Shown here: in pieces, positions 1-9,173 of the stretch
Layout: each line of letters opens with the position of its first letter
Position numbering within the stretch: the stretch's first letter is position 1
Assembly (NCBI GenBank): GCA_963792515.1
Contig: CAWBWG010000007.1
Coordinates: 48,171-112,170, forward strand
Origin: an uncultured Acidobacteriota bacterium
GTDB lineage: Bacteria > Acidobacteriota > Terriglobia > Acidiferrales > UBA7541
Reading direction: 5' to 3'
Length of the DNA: 64,000 nucleotides
Translations under genes and position numbers: made by a program
Notes under the pieces: model-generated
The model's input: the letters and a program-made list of their open reading frames with translations, nothing else
Databases searched by the model: none
Told to the model about the DNA's origin: nothing

Positions 1-326
1 GTGACGCTCACCGTTCCGTTGTCCGATATCGTAGTGCAAGGCTGCCCCGGCGAGGGGCGGCTCGGTGGGATCACAGCCAGTGGATTCCGCGCCAGTGATC
101 GCGACAGAGCCGGTGGCAGCTGTGCCTGGCGGAGTGTCACTCTGCTCCGCACCTCCGATTACTACCGATCCGGTTCCAGGGGTGCCCTGAGTGGTAGTGA
201 CTGTGAGCCCGCCTGCTTCCAAGGACGTCAACCATGCACGAGAATTATAGGCGAGAGCTTCGGTGACCCCGTTGCCGAGCGCTCGTTGGGTGGGCGAACC
301 GAATGCGCTGTACTGCACTTCCCGAG
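1..326 (-). other. continuation of the RHS coding sequence in another frame, open to the left window edge
   Basis: My translation of the reverse complement of 1-360, in the frame whose last codon is 3..1, gives ..EVQYSAFGSPTQRALGNGVTEALAYNSRAWLTSLEAGGLTVTTTQGTPGTGSVVIGGAEQSD.. with no stop. It joins the 245..3688 frame at about 308-325 if one base is removed. Confidence 0.7.
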
Positions 327-3300
327 AGGAGGTTCGCGGGGTGATTCGCGTCTGAAAGGCTGCTGGTGAGGCTTTGTATCCGGGTGGCGCCATCGTAAAC
401 GGAGGTAAGGGTTACGCCAAAGCCGTTTGTTTCTGAGGTGACATCGCTCGCGAGATCGTATCCAAAAACTAGCGGAACATAGCTCGTGCCACAATTTGTG
501 GGCGTACATTGCCACTCGTTTAGAGTCCTGCCGAGCTTGTCATAGCTGAAGTATGTCTGCGCACCGGTAGTGGTTGCCGCGACCATGCGCCCGACTGCGA
601 ACGCAGGAGTGATACCACTCGGGCAACCTCCGAACGGGCAAGCGTCATATGAGAATGCAACCGATGGAGTTGAGCCGTCATTGTAGCTTTTAGCCGACAA
701 CCGATTGAGTTGCTCATAGGTGTAAGTCGTCTTGATTCCGCGAGCATCGGTCTTTGTTGCTAAATTGCCATCGGCGTCATACGTGTAGGTGGTCGGAGTG
801 GTGGGAGTGTTGGATTCCGGATTAACGGAACTCGTCAATTCGCCGAGGGAGTCGAAAACAAAAGATCGTGCGACGAGGCCGCCCTGGGACGCCGCAGTCA
901 AGTTGTTAAGGACGTCATAGCCGTAGGTAGTGAGGAATCCGGTGCCAGAAATGAGCAGCCCGCAGGACGCAGGAGTGCCTCCGGTTCCCATTTGGGTCGC
1001 GCTGCTGATTTCGCAGACGTTGGTGAGGCGGCCCAAGCCGTCGGTCTGAGAGATGCGCTGGACGGAACTGGTGCCGTTGCCCTCGTCAGTGACTTGGGTG
1101 GCTGAGCCCTTATTCGCGGTGGTGATGAAGCTCCCGTCTGGGTGGGTCACCTGAATGACGCGTCCTAACGGGTCGTAGGTGTACGCGGTGAATCCGTCGG
1201 TTGATGAACCCGTGCTGCGATAGGGGTTTGTAACGGTGGCCCTCCGGCCCAGAGGATCGTAGGTGGTATCGACGTAGTCGGTGCCTTGGGGGTCTGATGT
1301 GAGCTCGGTCCGAGTTACCCTTCCGAGGCCATCCACGACGACAATCGTCACGAGATTGGAAGTAGAGGTGATTTTTTTCGTGGTGGTGACGCTAAGAGGC
1401 ACGGTGGATTCGTTGTAAGTGATGTTTGTTTGGGGGATAAGGCCGGTGGAATCGGGTGGATAGGTAGTCTGAGTGAGGCGGGACAACAAGTCGTACGTGA
1501 AGGTCGTCGTTTGAGTGTTGGCGTCGATCGCTGACGCGCGGGTTCCAGTGCAAGAGTTATAGGTGCTTTTGGTCATCTGGTTAAGGGGATTCGTGATGGT
1601 TGTGACGTACGCGGCGGAGACGGCGGGTGCGCAGGTAGCGTTCGACCAGGAATCGGCGTAACTGTATTTGGTAAGTAGGCCGCGAGGATCCGTCGTTTGG
1701 ACGATATTTCCTGAGTCGTCGTATTGATGGCGAGTTGTGAGTGTGGCGCCGTCGGTACTGCGCCATTTTTGGACGGCGGTGACATTTCCGCGGGTAGTGA
1801 CGGAGGAGCTAAATGCCGTATCGTGTTGAACTGCGCCGCTCGCAGCGATTGAAGTCGTGTAATTGTCATACTCGTACGTTGTCTTCGCGAATTGGGTGGT
1901 GCCCGAACCCACGTAAACTATCTCCGAAGCTTTGCGGTCTAGGATATTCAGGCTCGTCGAGGTGTAATCGACCGAGTTGATCGGATTGACGGCCAACCAG
2001 GTGTAGTCCGTGCAGCGGGTAGGAGAGCTCGCACCGAAATCGTACTCGCATTTCGCGAGGACGTTGTCGAAAAGGACGGTCCCCACATAGAGCGTAGCGG
2101 TGTTGTAGCTATAAGTGACTTTGGAGACCTGGTTTGGACTAACGTCAGCCAAGGTAGTGGTTTCCTGAATTGGGAGTGAGCCCGGAGTCGGACGCCCATT
2201 GCCGTCGAGCGCGGAATATGTGGTCACGATTGACCGCAGCAGTGTGGAGGAACCCTGGTAGATCGAACGCGACATCTCCCGCGGGAACTGGAAGGACGGG
2301 AAAATGACAGGAGGGTCGGAGCTGTTACGTGAACTAAAACCATAAAGTGTTTTGTTTCCGAGAGCGTCCACGACGGACTCGGCCGAGTTACTTACCGTTG
2401 TGCTTCCAATCGCCGGGGTGTAGGTGGTAGTGGCCTCCTCACCTGTTGTGCAACCTCCGGAAGGATCGGAGCAAACGTGGCGGGCAATGACTTCCCGATA
2501 TGACGCCGCGACGCTCGGGGGAGCGGTGCAGCCGTCGGGGCATTGAGCGACAGTTTGTAGAGGAGCTTCCCACCAGTGGGTGAAGGTTTGGAAGTCGTAG
2601 CGCGTGTACCCGCCCGTCGGATATGTGATCTTGTTCAGTTCGCCGTCGGCGGAATTGTATGTAAACGTGTAGGATCTGCCATTTGGTAGGCGCACCGAGC
2701 TGAGAGCGCTGAACGAAGTCGGACCAACCCCACCTGCAACGCTGGGCAACGAAAGGTCTAAATTTACATTCTGCGTGGCGTATGTGAAGGAGATGGTCCG
2801 GACCGTTCCGCTCGAGTCTTTATAGGTGAAGCCGGTTGGTATGGTTTGGTTAAAGGTCGCGGTAAGAGTGCGGTTAAGGCTGTCTGTGATGGTTGACACG
2901 GAGACGCCGTTACTTGCTGCTATCGTGATCCAATTGCCGTTGGTGTCCTCTATTTTGCTTGCCATGACATCGAAATTCCCGATCTGGTCCGTACTGTAAG
3001 AGACTGGAAACTGAATTATCGTGCCGTCTTTCAGGCGCGCAATGGCGACAGTAGAACCAGTTGTGTCGAGGACGATATAGGAATTGTCGGCCGTCTTTAC
3101 TGGGCCGGGTGAGTTGCCCGCAGGGTAGGCGATACTTCCGCCGGCCGCGCTATAAGTAAAACAAGCCGCTTGGTCATCGAGACTCGCCGGCACATGCTTA
3201 CTTCCATCGGGGAGAACGAGAACAAAGTTGGTCCAGCAAAACTCCTTCGCTGCGCCGATGGTGGCGATGTATTTCACCGAGGCGCTGAGGACGGGGATGT

Positions 3301-3688
3301 TGAGACGCCACATTCCGTCGATATAGGGTAATTGGTTTTCGCCCTGCGGTTGCCATTCATACAGCGGAGGATTGGTCTTGCCCGTGATCTGATTATTGCC
3401 GATCAAGTTATAGAAGCTGCTGTCGTATTCCAGCGCGAGAGTGAGATCGTGACCGTTCCGTCCGGGCAGCGAGATGAGAGGAACCTGAAGGTTTAAATTA
3501 CCTGACGCGAGAGAAATATTCTCTCTCACGCCACCGTACGATTGGTAGGGCGAGACGCCGGTTTGATCATTAAGCGGCGCGACGGCCTGGCCAAATGCCG
3601 GGGTTGTCGGGGTCAACGCGGTGATTACTATTAAACAGAACGCTGCGACGAAATATCGAGTTCGTGCGGTCATCTTGATCGCCCCCAA
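245..3688 (-). CDS. RHS / YD-repeat family protein (secreted, polymorphic-toxin-type shell); frame broken near its 3' part
   Basis: 1147-aa ORF. Signal-like N-terminus MTARTRYFVAAFCLIVITALTPTTPAFGQA. Many YD-type repeats, e.g. TYTYDADGNLATKTDARGIKTTYTYEQLNRL, YTYDPLGRV, FSYDKLGR. Motif recognition only. Confidence 0.85.
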   Translation of the reverse strand: MGAIKMTARTRYFVAAFCLIVITALTPTTPAFGQAVAPLNDQTGVSPYQSYGGVRENISLASGNLNLQVPLISLPGRNGHDLTLALEYDSSFYNLIGNNQITGKTNPPLYEWQPQGENQLPYIDGMWRLNIPVLSASVKYIATIGAAKEFCWTNFVLVLPDGSKHVPASLDDQAACFTYSAAGGSIAYPAGNSPGPVKTADNSYIVLDTTGSTVAIARLKDGTIIQFPVSYSTDQIGNFDVMASKIEDTNGNWITIAASNGVSVSTITDSLNRTLTATFNQTIPTGFTYKDSSGTVRTISFTYATQNVNLDLSLPSVAGGVGPTSFSALSSVRLPNGRSYTFTYNSADGELNKITYPTGGYTRYDFQTFTHWWEAPLQTVAQCPDGCTAPPSVAASYREVIARHVCSDPSGGCTTGEEATTTYTPAIGSTTVSNSAESVVDALGNKTLYGFSSRNSSDPPVIFPSFQFPREMSRSIYQGSSTLLRSIVTTYSALDGNGRPTPGSLPIQETTTLADVSPNQVSKVTYSYNTATLYVGTVLFDNVLAKCEYDFGASSPTRCTDYTWLAVNPINSVDYTSTSLNILDRKASEIVYVGSGTTQFAKTTYEYDNYTTSIAASGAVQHDTAFSSSVTTRGNVTAVQKWRSTDGATLTTRHQYDDSGNIVQTTDPRGLLTKYSYADSWSNATCAPAVSAAYVTTITNPLNQMTKSTYNSCTGTRASAIDANTQTTTFTYDLLSRLTQTTYPPDSTGLIPQTNITYNESTVPLSVTTTKKITSTSNLVTIVVVDGLGRVTRTELTSDPQGTDYVDTTYDPLGRRATVTNPYRSTGSSTDGFTAYTYDPLGRVIQVTHPDGSFITTANKGSATQVTDEGNGTSSVQRISQTDGLGRLTNVCEISSATQMGTGGTPASCGLLISGTGFLTTYGYDVLNNLTAASQGGLVARSFVFDSLGELTSSVNPESNTPTTPTTYTYDADGNLATKTDARGIKTTYTYEQLNRLSAKSYNDGSTPSVAFSYDACPFGGCPSGITPAFAVGRMVAATTTGAQTYFSYDKLGRTLNEWQCTPTNCGTSYVPLVFGYDLASDVTSETNGFGVTLTSVYDGATRIQSLTSSLSDANHPANLLSGSAVQRIRFAHPTSARQRGHRSSRL

Positions 3689-4052
3689 TCAAGCTCGGCA
3701 GACCCAAACTATTAGATCAATAACGCAATCGCCGTGTACTTTATCTCAGGTTACTTGACAGTCAAGTGAATTCTGCCGAAGTGCGTTATATCGGCAATAG
3801 ATAACCAGTTCTTGCTATGGCGCGTCGAATTCTACTTCGGGGTTAAATCAGGAGGTAAGCGTATAAATCGGAGGCCGAAGAGTTGCTCTGGTGTCTTCAG
3901 CTAGTCTACGCCCCGTGCAAATTCTCCGATAACATGGTCAGTTGCTCAGCCGTCTTGTTTTTGTCCAGCTAATTGAATGCAATGACCGAATGCAGTTTCA
4001 ACAATCAGTTGATTGTTGAACGCGTCGCCGCGCGACTTTCCGTCGCGTCGAA

Positions 4053-4668
4053 TCAGTCGTTTACGGGAGCGATTTCAGAGGGGATTTTTGAACGCACTGG
4101 AACGGCCGCGTGGACCGTGCCGACCGAAACACCCAGCGTCTTGGCAATCGCGCGCCACGGCTGGCCGGACGCGCGCAGCACGGCAATCCTCGAAGCATCG
4201 ACGGCGACGCGCGGCCGTCCGAGTGTTTTCCCTTTGGCGCGTGCGTTCCGCAGTCCGGCTCGGACGCGTTCCACGATCAGGCTGCGTTCTAGCTCGGCCA
4301 CGGCGCCCAGGACGGTGAAGACCATCTTGCCGGCGGGAGTCGACGTGTCCATCTGCTCCGAGAAGGAAACGAAGTCGATCCCGAGGGCCTTGAACGTCTC
4401 AAGCGCCCGCAGCAAGTGAGAGACGGAGCGAGCGAACCTGTCGAATCGCCAGACGCACACGACATCGAATCGCCGCTTGTGGGCGTCGGCGATCAAACGG
4501 TTGAGCTCCGGCCGGGAATCCTTCGTGCCGCTCACGCCCGCGTCAACGTACTCGCCCGCGATCTCCCAGCCGCGTGCCTGCGGCGAATTGCTGTAGCTCG
4601 CGCGTCTGTAGCGTCACGTCCTGGCCGTGGTTCGTCGTCGAGACTCGCGCGTAGATTGCGGCTCTCAT
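4053..4668 (-). pseudogene. serine recombinase (resolvase/invertase family), single frameshift
   Basis: ATG at 4668 gives MRAAIYARVSTTNHGQDVTLQTRELQQFAA (catalytic-Ser motif YARVST), then a premature stop. ORF 4053..4535 supplies the rest (..GVSGTKDSRPELNRLIADAHKRRFDVVCVWRFDRFARS..RAGLRNARAKGKTLGRP.. plus a C-terminal HTH). Total length is 616 nt = 3n+1, with the junction near 4576-4582. Confidence 0.8.
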
Positions 4669-4901
4669 TTGGCGTCCGCCTTCGGGCCGGGCTTCTGCGT
4701 GGCCTTGACCTTGCGGCCTTTGGCGATGTCCGCGTCCGTCCAGCGCCAGAGCGTGCGGCCGCCGCCCATCGGCGAGTACCTTCGACGGCGCGAATCAATC
4801 CGAGAGCAAGCCATCGGTTGAGCGTCCGAAACGAGACGCCAATCTTCGTCGGCCGCGGCTTTCGTGCTGTACGTCTTCTGCATCGTTGTCCCTCTCCGGC
4901 C

Positions 4902-5538
4902 CTACAGCGCCATTAGCTCGACTTCCAGTCGCCCCAGGCAATCGCGGACGTTGTTGCGGCATTCTTTCGAGAGCCGCGCGAAGTCTGGCCCGTTCCCGTT
5001 TCCGCCTTCCGCGTGCCACACCTTGTCGAGATACTCGGCGATCTCTCCGGCCATCCCGTAGCTTGAGAAGTCTATCGGTAGGCATCGGCTCAGGAATCGC
5101 GGCTCTAGTCCGTCCGTCGAATTGCAGGTGAACACAAACACGGTTCCCTTGGGCGCGTCCGTCGAGTCGAGTTTCGAGAGCAAGGCGAGTTGCGCCGCGC
5201 GGGACGCGGAATCCACTTCGTCGATCAGCACAAAATGGAATCCGCCAGTCAGCGGAACGTACTGGCAGATGCGGCAGATTTCCTCAAGGTTCTCCAGGTT
5301 GCACTTCTGCGAGCCCAGATGATGGAACTCCGCGCCCATTTCCTCGGCCATAGCCATCGCCATCGAAGTCTTGCCGACTCCCGGCGGCCCGAAGAATAGA
5401 AACGAGCACGCGTAGGGATTGCGCCGCAAACTTGGCCAGGACGCGCTTGGCCTTGGAGAGTCCGACAAACTCCGCCACCTTGCGCGGACGATACTTCTCG
5501 CTCAGGCGAACGGGAAACGCAAACGTGGGGGTGGTCAT
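4902..5538 (-). pseudogene. AAA+ ATPase, clamp-loader/RFC-small-subunit-like, single frameshift
   Basis: ORF 5284..5538 starts MTTPTFAFPVRLSEKYRPRKVAEFVGLSKAKRVLAKFAA. ORF 4902..5468 continues ..NPYACSFLFFGPPGVGKTS (Walker A), FVLIDEVD (Walker B) and FLSRC (SRC arginine-finger box). Span is 637 nt = 3n+1, junction near 5421-5425. Confidence 0.75.
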
Positions 5539-5910
5539 TGGCCACCCCCCTTGAGTGCTTCCGTCTGCGAGACGTGAAACACGGTCGTCGTCCAGGGACG
5601 GCGGATAACCTTGCGCTCGCCAGTGTCCTGGTCGATTTCCTTGCTGCGGCAGTCAATGAACGTCACGACCTTGACGCCATGCTCGCCGCGACGCACGACA
5701 CGTCCTAGTGCTTTCCATGCGTCGAACGTGAACACGTTCTCTCGCGGCTTGATCTCAGACTCGGGAATACCTTTCGCCGCGAATCCCTGGAAGATCGCGG
5801 GAAAGTTAGTGAGCGATTGGCCGGAGACAGCGCGCGTGAGTGCTTCTTGTCGGTGACTGCGATTCCTTGCCTTGCGGATGGACGGTTGATAGATTCGGGC
5901 TAGCTTCCAT
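5535..5910 (-). pseudogene. ArdC-N-terminal-like (DUF1738-type ssDNA-binding) small protein, probably frame-broken
   Basis: ORF 5535..5735 reads FTFDAWKALGRVVRRGEHGVKVVTFIDCRSKE.., which resembles the ArdC N-domain. That frame stays open upstream (..QEALTRAVSGQSLTNFPAIFQGFAAKGIPESEIKPRENV) but has no start codon. An ATG at 5910 lies in another frame. Span is 376 nt = 3n+1. Its stop overlaps the AAA+ start (ATGA at 5535-5538). Confidence 0.45.
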
Positions 5911-6262
5911 TGTGACTCACCTCACTTTGGGAGTTAGGCTCTGTCGGATGTTGCTAGCATCCGGCGGAGCCGTTCTGTTTCTAACACTACATATGCCACA
6001 ATGTACGGAAACGTGTCAAGAGAAAAATGGCGACGCGCGAAAAATAGTTGAGAGCCGCGCAAACTTTCGCGCGATCTTACGGGGATTTTCGGCGGAGTTT
6101 ACGGAGCACCGTAAATGCGGTTTGCGCGCGAAATCAAAATGCGAAATGGCGTGCGGTCGGCGATGGCTGAGTTGTCCGGCGCGGGGGCATGGCGACGACG
6201 GGGACATCTCCGCGGCCTGCGAGCCACTTTCATTTTTTATTTTTTCCGCGAGCTTGGAGGTC

Positions 6263-7805
6263 CTACTTTGTTTTGCGTCTCAGCGGCTTCCCAACCGCAA
6301 GCAGAAAGATAGCGCTCTTGCCTTGCGCTTGCGGCGAAAAGAAGCTAATCACGTCATCGTCGAAGAAGGTCAGTCCGGTCGCACCCAGGTGCTGAGCATA
6401 CGCAGCCAGGTATATCCGACCGCCGATGGCGCCCGCCTCCAGCTGGACGGCGCGGTAGCCGCGGTTCCCGTAGCGCTCTAGGATGCGTTTCAAATCGGCG
6501 AGAAAGAAAATGTCTACGCAGGCGTCCGCCGGCAGCTCCTGCTGTAACCCCAAATAGCCGGCCTCGGCGCGGAAGTCGCCCTGTTTCAGAAGTTCCAAAG
6601 TGTTCCCCTCACGCCGGAAGAAGTAGGCGCCGGGCTTGAGCCCTGCACCGAATGCACGATCAGGTAAAGATCGTTGAGTTGGGTGCCGCGCGGTTCAAGG
6701 AAGTCGGCCAGAAGACCTCGCGTGGCGCGGTCTAAAATGGATGAGAGTTGTGCCGTTGTGATCGACGCCGTCTTATCGAACGTTCGAGTGGAGCCGCGGC
6801 GCAGGATGACCTGTTCGATCGTGTCCTTCGATTGTTCCTCTTCCGGCGGTGGCTGGAGGCGAACTTCCTCGCCCGCCGAAGCGGAAGATCGAAGCGTCGG
6901 TTGTTTTCTCACGCCACTGGCGGACTTCCTCTTCAGATTCAAGCGATGACGCGTCGTGCATCTGAAGCATCGCTGGATATTCGACCTCGCTCCGCGAAAG
7001 TGGGATCGTCTCCAGGCCGAGCGCCGGAGCCTCTCTGGGGCTGGCAGCGAACTCTCCGATGTGCGCCCGATCGGCACGAGGCAGAGTGAAACCTCACGCC
7101 GCGTATCGAGATCAAGCAAGCGGTTCACATCGGCGTCCACGAATCCAAGCACGATCTCAGCCGGCAGCCCCGAAGCCGCGGAAACGGCGAGCATATTCGC
7201 CAGCAGCGTGCCGTTGTCCCAACCGAAATGGCGATAGGTGCGCGCCTGGTACTTCCAAGCGTTCCGCCAGTACGTTCCGGTGCAGATTATCGTCGCGGGT
7301 GCGTGAGCCACCGCGTCTTCCTGTGCCGTCGCCTCGAGCCAGGTTCCCGCGAAAGTCACCTCTTCGCAGAAGCCGCAGCGATACATCCGCCGGATTGAAG
7401 TGATAGACACCGGCATCCAGGCCTGGGAGATCGCCAGCCACGACATACAGCTCGATCTCGTAGAGAGCTCCGGTGCAGGCTGCAGCGCGAAAGTAGATTT
7501 CTCCGTCTGGATATGCGCGCTGTTCGTAATCCCCGCCGAGAAATGGAGGATGCGCGCCAGGTCCTGAGGTCAGGGACCGCATCGGGCCGCGACGAGGGCA
7601 CTGGCTCTGAGATCGCGGAGAGCGCGGCCACCCCTGTTTGCGGCACGTCCCGCGGCAGGGGGACCGGCTCTATCGTCGGATAGACTTTGAAAGGCCGCGG
7701 CCGATTCGCCCAGTCCAGGAAATGACGATTGTTACGAATACTTGAGTATGAGTGCTTCGTGCCATCGTGGTACTGCCAAGTCGCCTCGATGTCGCGGTTT
7801 CTCAT
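6263..7805 (-). pseudogene. SagB/ThcOx-type (double nitroreductase-fold) dehydrogenase, shattered by at least 6 frame changes
   Basis: Recognisable pieces lie in alternating frames:
- MRNRDIEATWQYHDGTKHSYSSIRNNRHFLDWANRPRPFKVYP..
- LARILHFSAGIT
- QRAYPDGEIYFRAAACTGALYEIELYVVAGDLPGLDAGVYHFNPADVSLRLLRRGDFRGNLA
- EATAQEDAVAHAPATIICTGTYWRNAWKYQARTYRHFGWDNGTLLANMLAVSAASGLPAEIVLGFVD..
- MLQMHDASSLESEEEVRQWREK
- TIEQVILRRGSTRTFDK..
- LKQGDFRAEAGYLGLQQEL..YRAVQLEAGAIGGRIYLAAYAQHLGATGLTFFDDDV. Confidence 0.75.
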
Positions 7806-7988
7806 TACCGCGTCAGACTACCACCTGCAGCGGAACACGCGCGAACGAATGAACCGGCGACTGCGTATTGTGCCCGGATCACGGTGCACTCGGAAGTGCT
7901 CCCGCCAGCTGGGGCCCGCTCGGCGCTTGACGGCAACGCGGCTAGAAGTTCTGTTCGAGTAGGCGAAACCTATTCGTGGACCGCCACG

Positions 7989-8025
7989 GGCACTTGTCCG
8001 GTAAGGCGACTTACCGGGACTTTGG
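7989..8025 (+). repeat. array-specific hairpin repeat, copy A
   Basis: GGCACTTGTCCGGTAAGGCGACTTACCGGGACTTTGG. The stem GTCCGGTAAG/CTTACCGGGAC has one bulged G. It lies about 70 nt upstream of the 8098 gene. Confidence 0.8.
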
Positions 8026-8097
8026 ACCATTGCCGAACAAATAGCAGGCGTGGTCTAATTTGGGCCCTAGTCAGTAGACAATTCCAAGGTCCGGAAC

Positions 8098-8556
8098 ATG
8101 AACAAAAATGACATTCTCATCAATCTGTCCGAGTCTGAAAATACGAGATTTGGCAACGAAGAAGACTTTGCCCTTCAAACTCTTCCTCAGAAAGTCTTTT
8201 CGGCCATTTGGGCTGTCGAATCGGAAGTCAATAACGGCGGATTCTCCCAATACTTTTCCAACGACAGCGCGGAATCAGCATCATTCGTTGTGCAAGCTCT
8301 CGAAACAGTTGGTGCTCCGAGAACCGCGAATATTTGCAATCGCGCGATAGTCACGGCTTTTCCTGGTGGACTGCCAACGACGGTGGAAACTATACGCTCG
8401 GTCGCAGATAAATTCTCCAAAGAAATTCTCGCTGAGTTGGAGCCTCTAGACCAAGAGTTTTTCTCATACCCTCACAACTTGACAGACTTGCTTTTTACAT
8501 ATGTAAGTGCGCGCCCGGAGGAGTTCGGCCCACTGACGAAACCAGATGACGCTTAG
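8098..8556 (+). CDS. DUF4375 / DMP19-like domain protein (possible immunity-type protein)
   Basis: 152 aa. The core IWAVESEVNNGGFSQYFSNDSAESASFVVQALETVGAPRTANICNRAI matches the family hallmark as I recall it (NNGGF.QYF). The gene is low in GC. Confidence 0.6.
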   Translation: MNKNDILINLSESENTRFGNEEDFALQTLPQKVFSAIWAVESEVNNGGFSQYFSNDSAESASFVVQALETVGAPRTANICNRAIVTAFPGGLPTTVETIRSVADKFSKEILAELEPLDQEFFSYPHNLTDLLFTYVSARPEEFGPLTKPDDA

Positions 8557-8572
8557 ACGCTGCTGCTCAACT

Positions 8573-8647
8573 CCTGGTTAACGCGCTTACCGGAGAAGTG
8601 GAGTACCAGAATCCAGATGTCCGGTTAGGCGACTACCCGGACTTGAG
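8573..8647. repeat. array-specific hairpin repeat, inverted doublet B
   Basis: CCTGGTTAACGCGCTTACCGGAGAAGTG (a reverse-orientation unit), 15 nt, then GATGTCCGGTTAGGCGACTACCCGGACTTGAG (a forward unit). It sits between the stop at 8556 and the next gene. Confidence 0.75.
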
Positions 8648-8672
8648 AATCCATTCTTTTCATTTCGTCGGA

Positions 8673-9068
8673 ATGCGCATACGCTCGACTGCCGTGCCGC
8701 CCTACATAAAACCTATTCCATTACTCACTTCTCTACTATTTTGGGGCTATGTCGTCTGGGCGTGGGTTGTTTGGCGCGGATCGGCCGAAACCGTTCGGCC
8801 GAGATGGAGAGCAATCACAGTGGTTGCAGGGCTATATTGCGCCACAGCATCTACTATTCTTAATGCGTTTATGTTTGTCCATGCCGTCATCACTGGAGGC
8901 TACCCTTTCTATCATCCAGTGGAGCTGTTCTGTATTCGCGTCGGCAGCCTTACGGCCTTGCTCGGAGTCACGTGCTCGATTATTGGAAGAGGGAAACCCA
9001 GACTCCACATCGCCGTAATCTCGGTCCTGAACTTCCTGGTCTGGTTCGCGGACGCGATGGCGCAGTAG
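8673..9068 (+). CDS. small integral membrane protein, hypothetical
   Basis: ORF 8598..9068. The first 25 codons are translated repeat B, so the ATG at 8673 (MRIRSTAVPPYIKP..) is preferred. About four hydrophobic segments. Confidence 0.5.
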   Translation: MRIRSTAVPPYIKPIPLLTSLLFWGYVVWAWVVWRGSAETVRPRWRAITVVAGLYCATASTILNAFMFVHAVITGGYPFYHPVELFCIRVGSLTALLGVTCSIIGRGKPRLHIAVISVLNFLVWFADAMAQ

Positions 9069-9084
9069 GCTTCTGCCCTAATTC

Positions 9085-9160
9085 CTGAATAACGCGTAAA
9101 TCGGACATGAGGAGTGCTGGTACCGCAGTGTCCGGTAAGGCGACTTACCAGGCACTTGGT
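9085..9160. repeat. array-specific hairpin repeat, inverted doublet C
   Basis: CCTGAATAACGCGTAAATCGGACATGAG .. CAGTGTCCGGTAAGGCGACTTACCAGGCACTTGG, lying between convergent genes. Confidence 0.75.
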
Positions 9161-9173
9161 AACGAGGGATTCT

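Larger units (their letters stand above)
4053..5910 (-). mobile_element. remnant of a plasmid/ICE/phage-like module (ArdC-N-like, RFC-like AAA+, serine recombinase), each gene frame-broken
   Basis: Three co-oriented genes typical of mobile DNA. Each needs exactly one frame correction. No flanking repeats were identified. Confidence 0.4.

Noticed and set aside
1-369. Plus-strand ORF 1..369 (122 aa)
   Set aside because: It is antisense to the RHS coding continuation, which reads convincingly on the minus strand.
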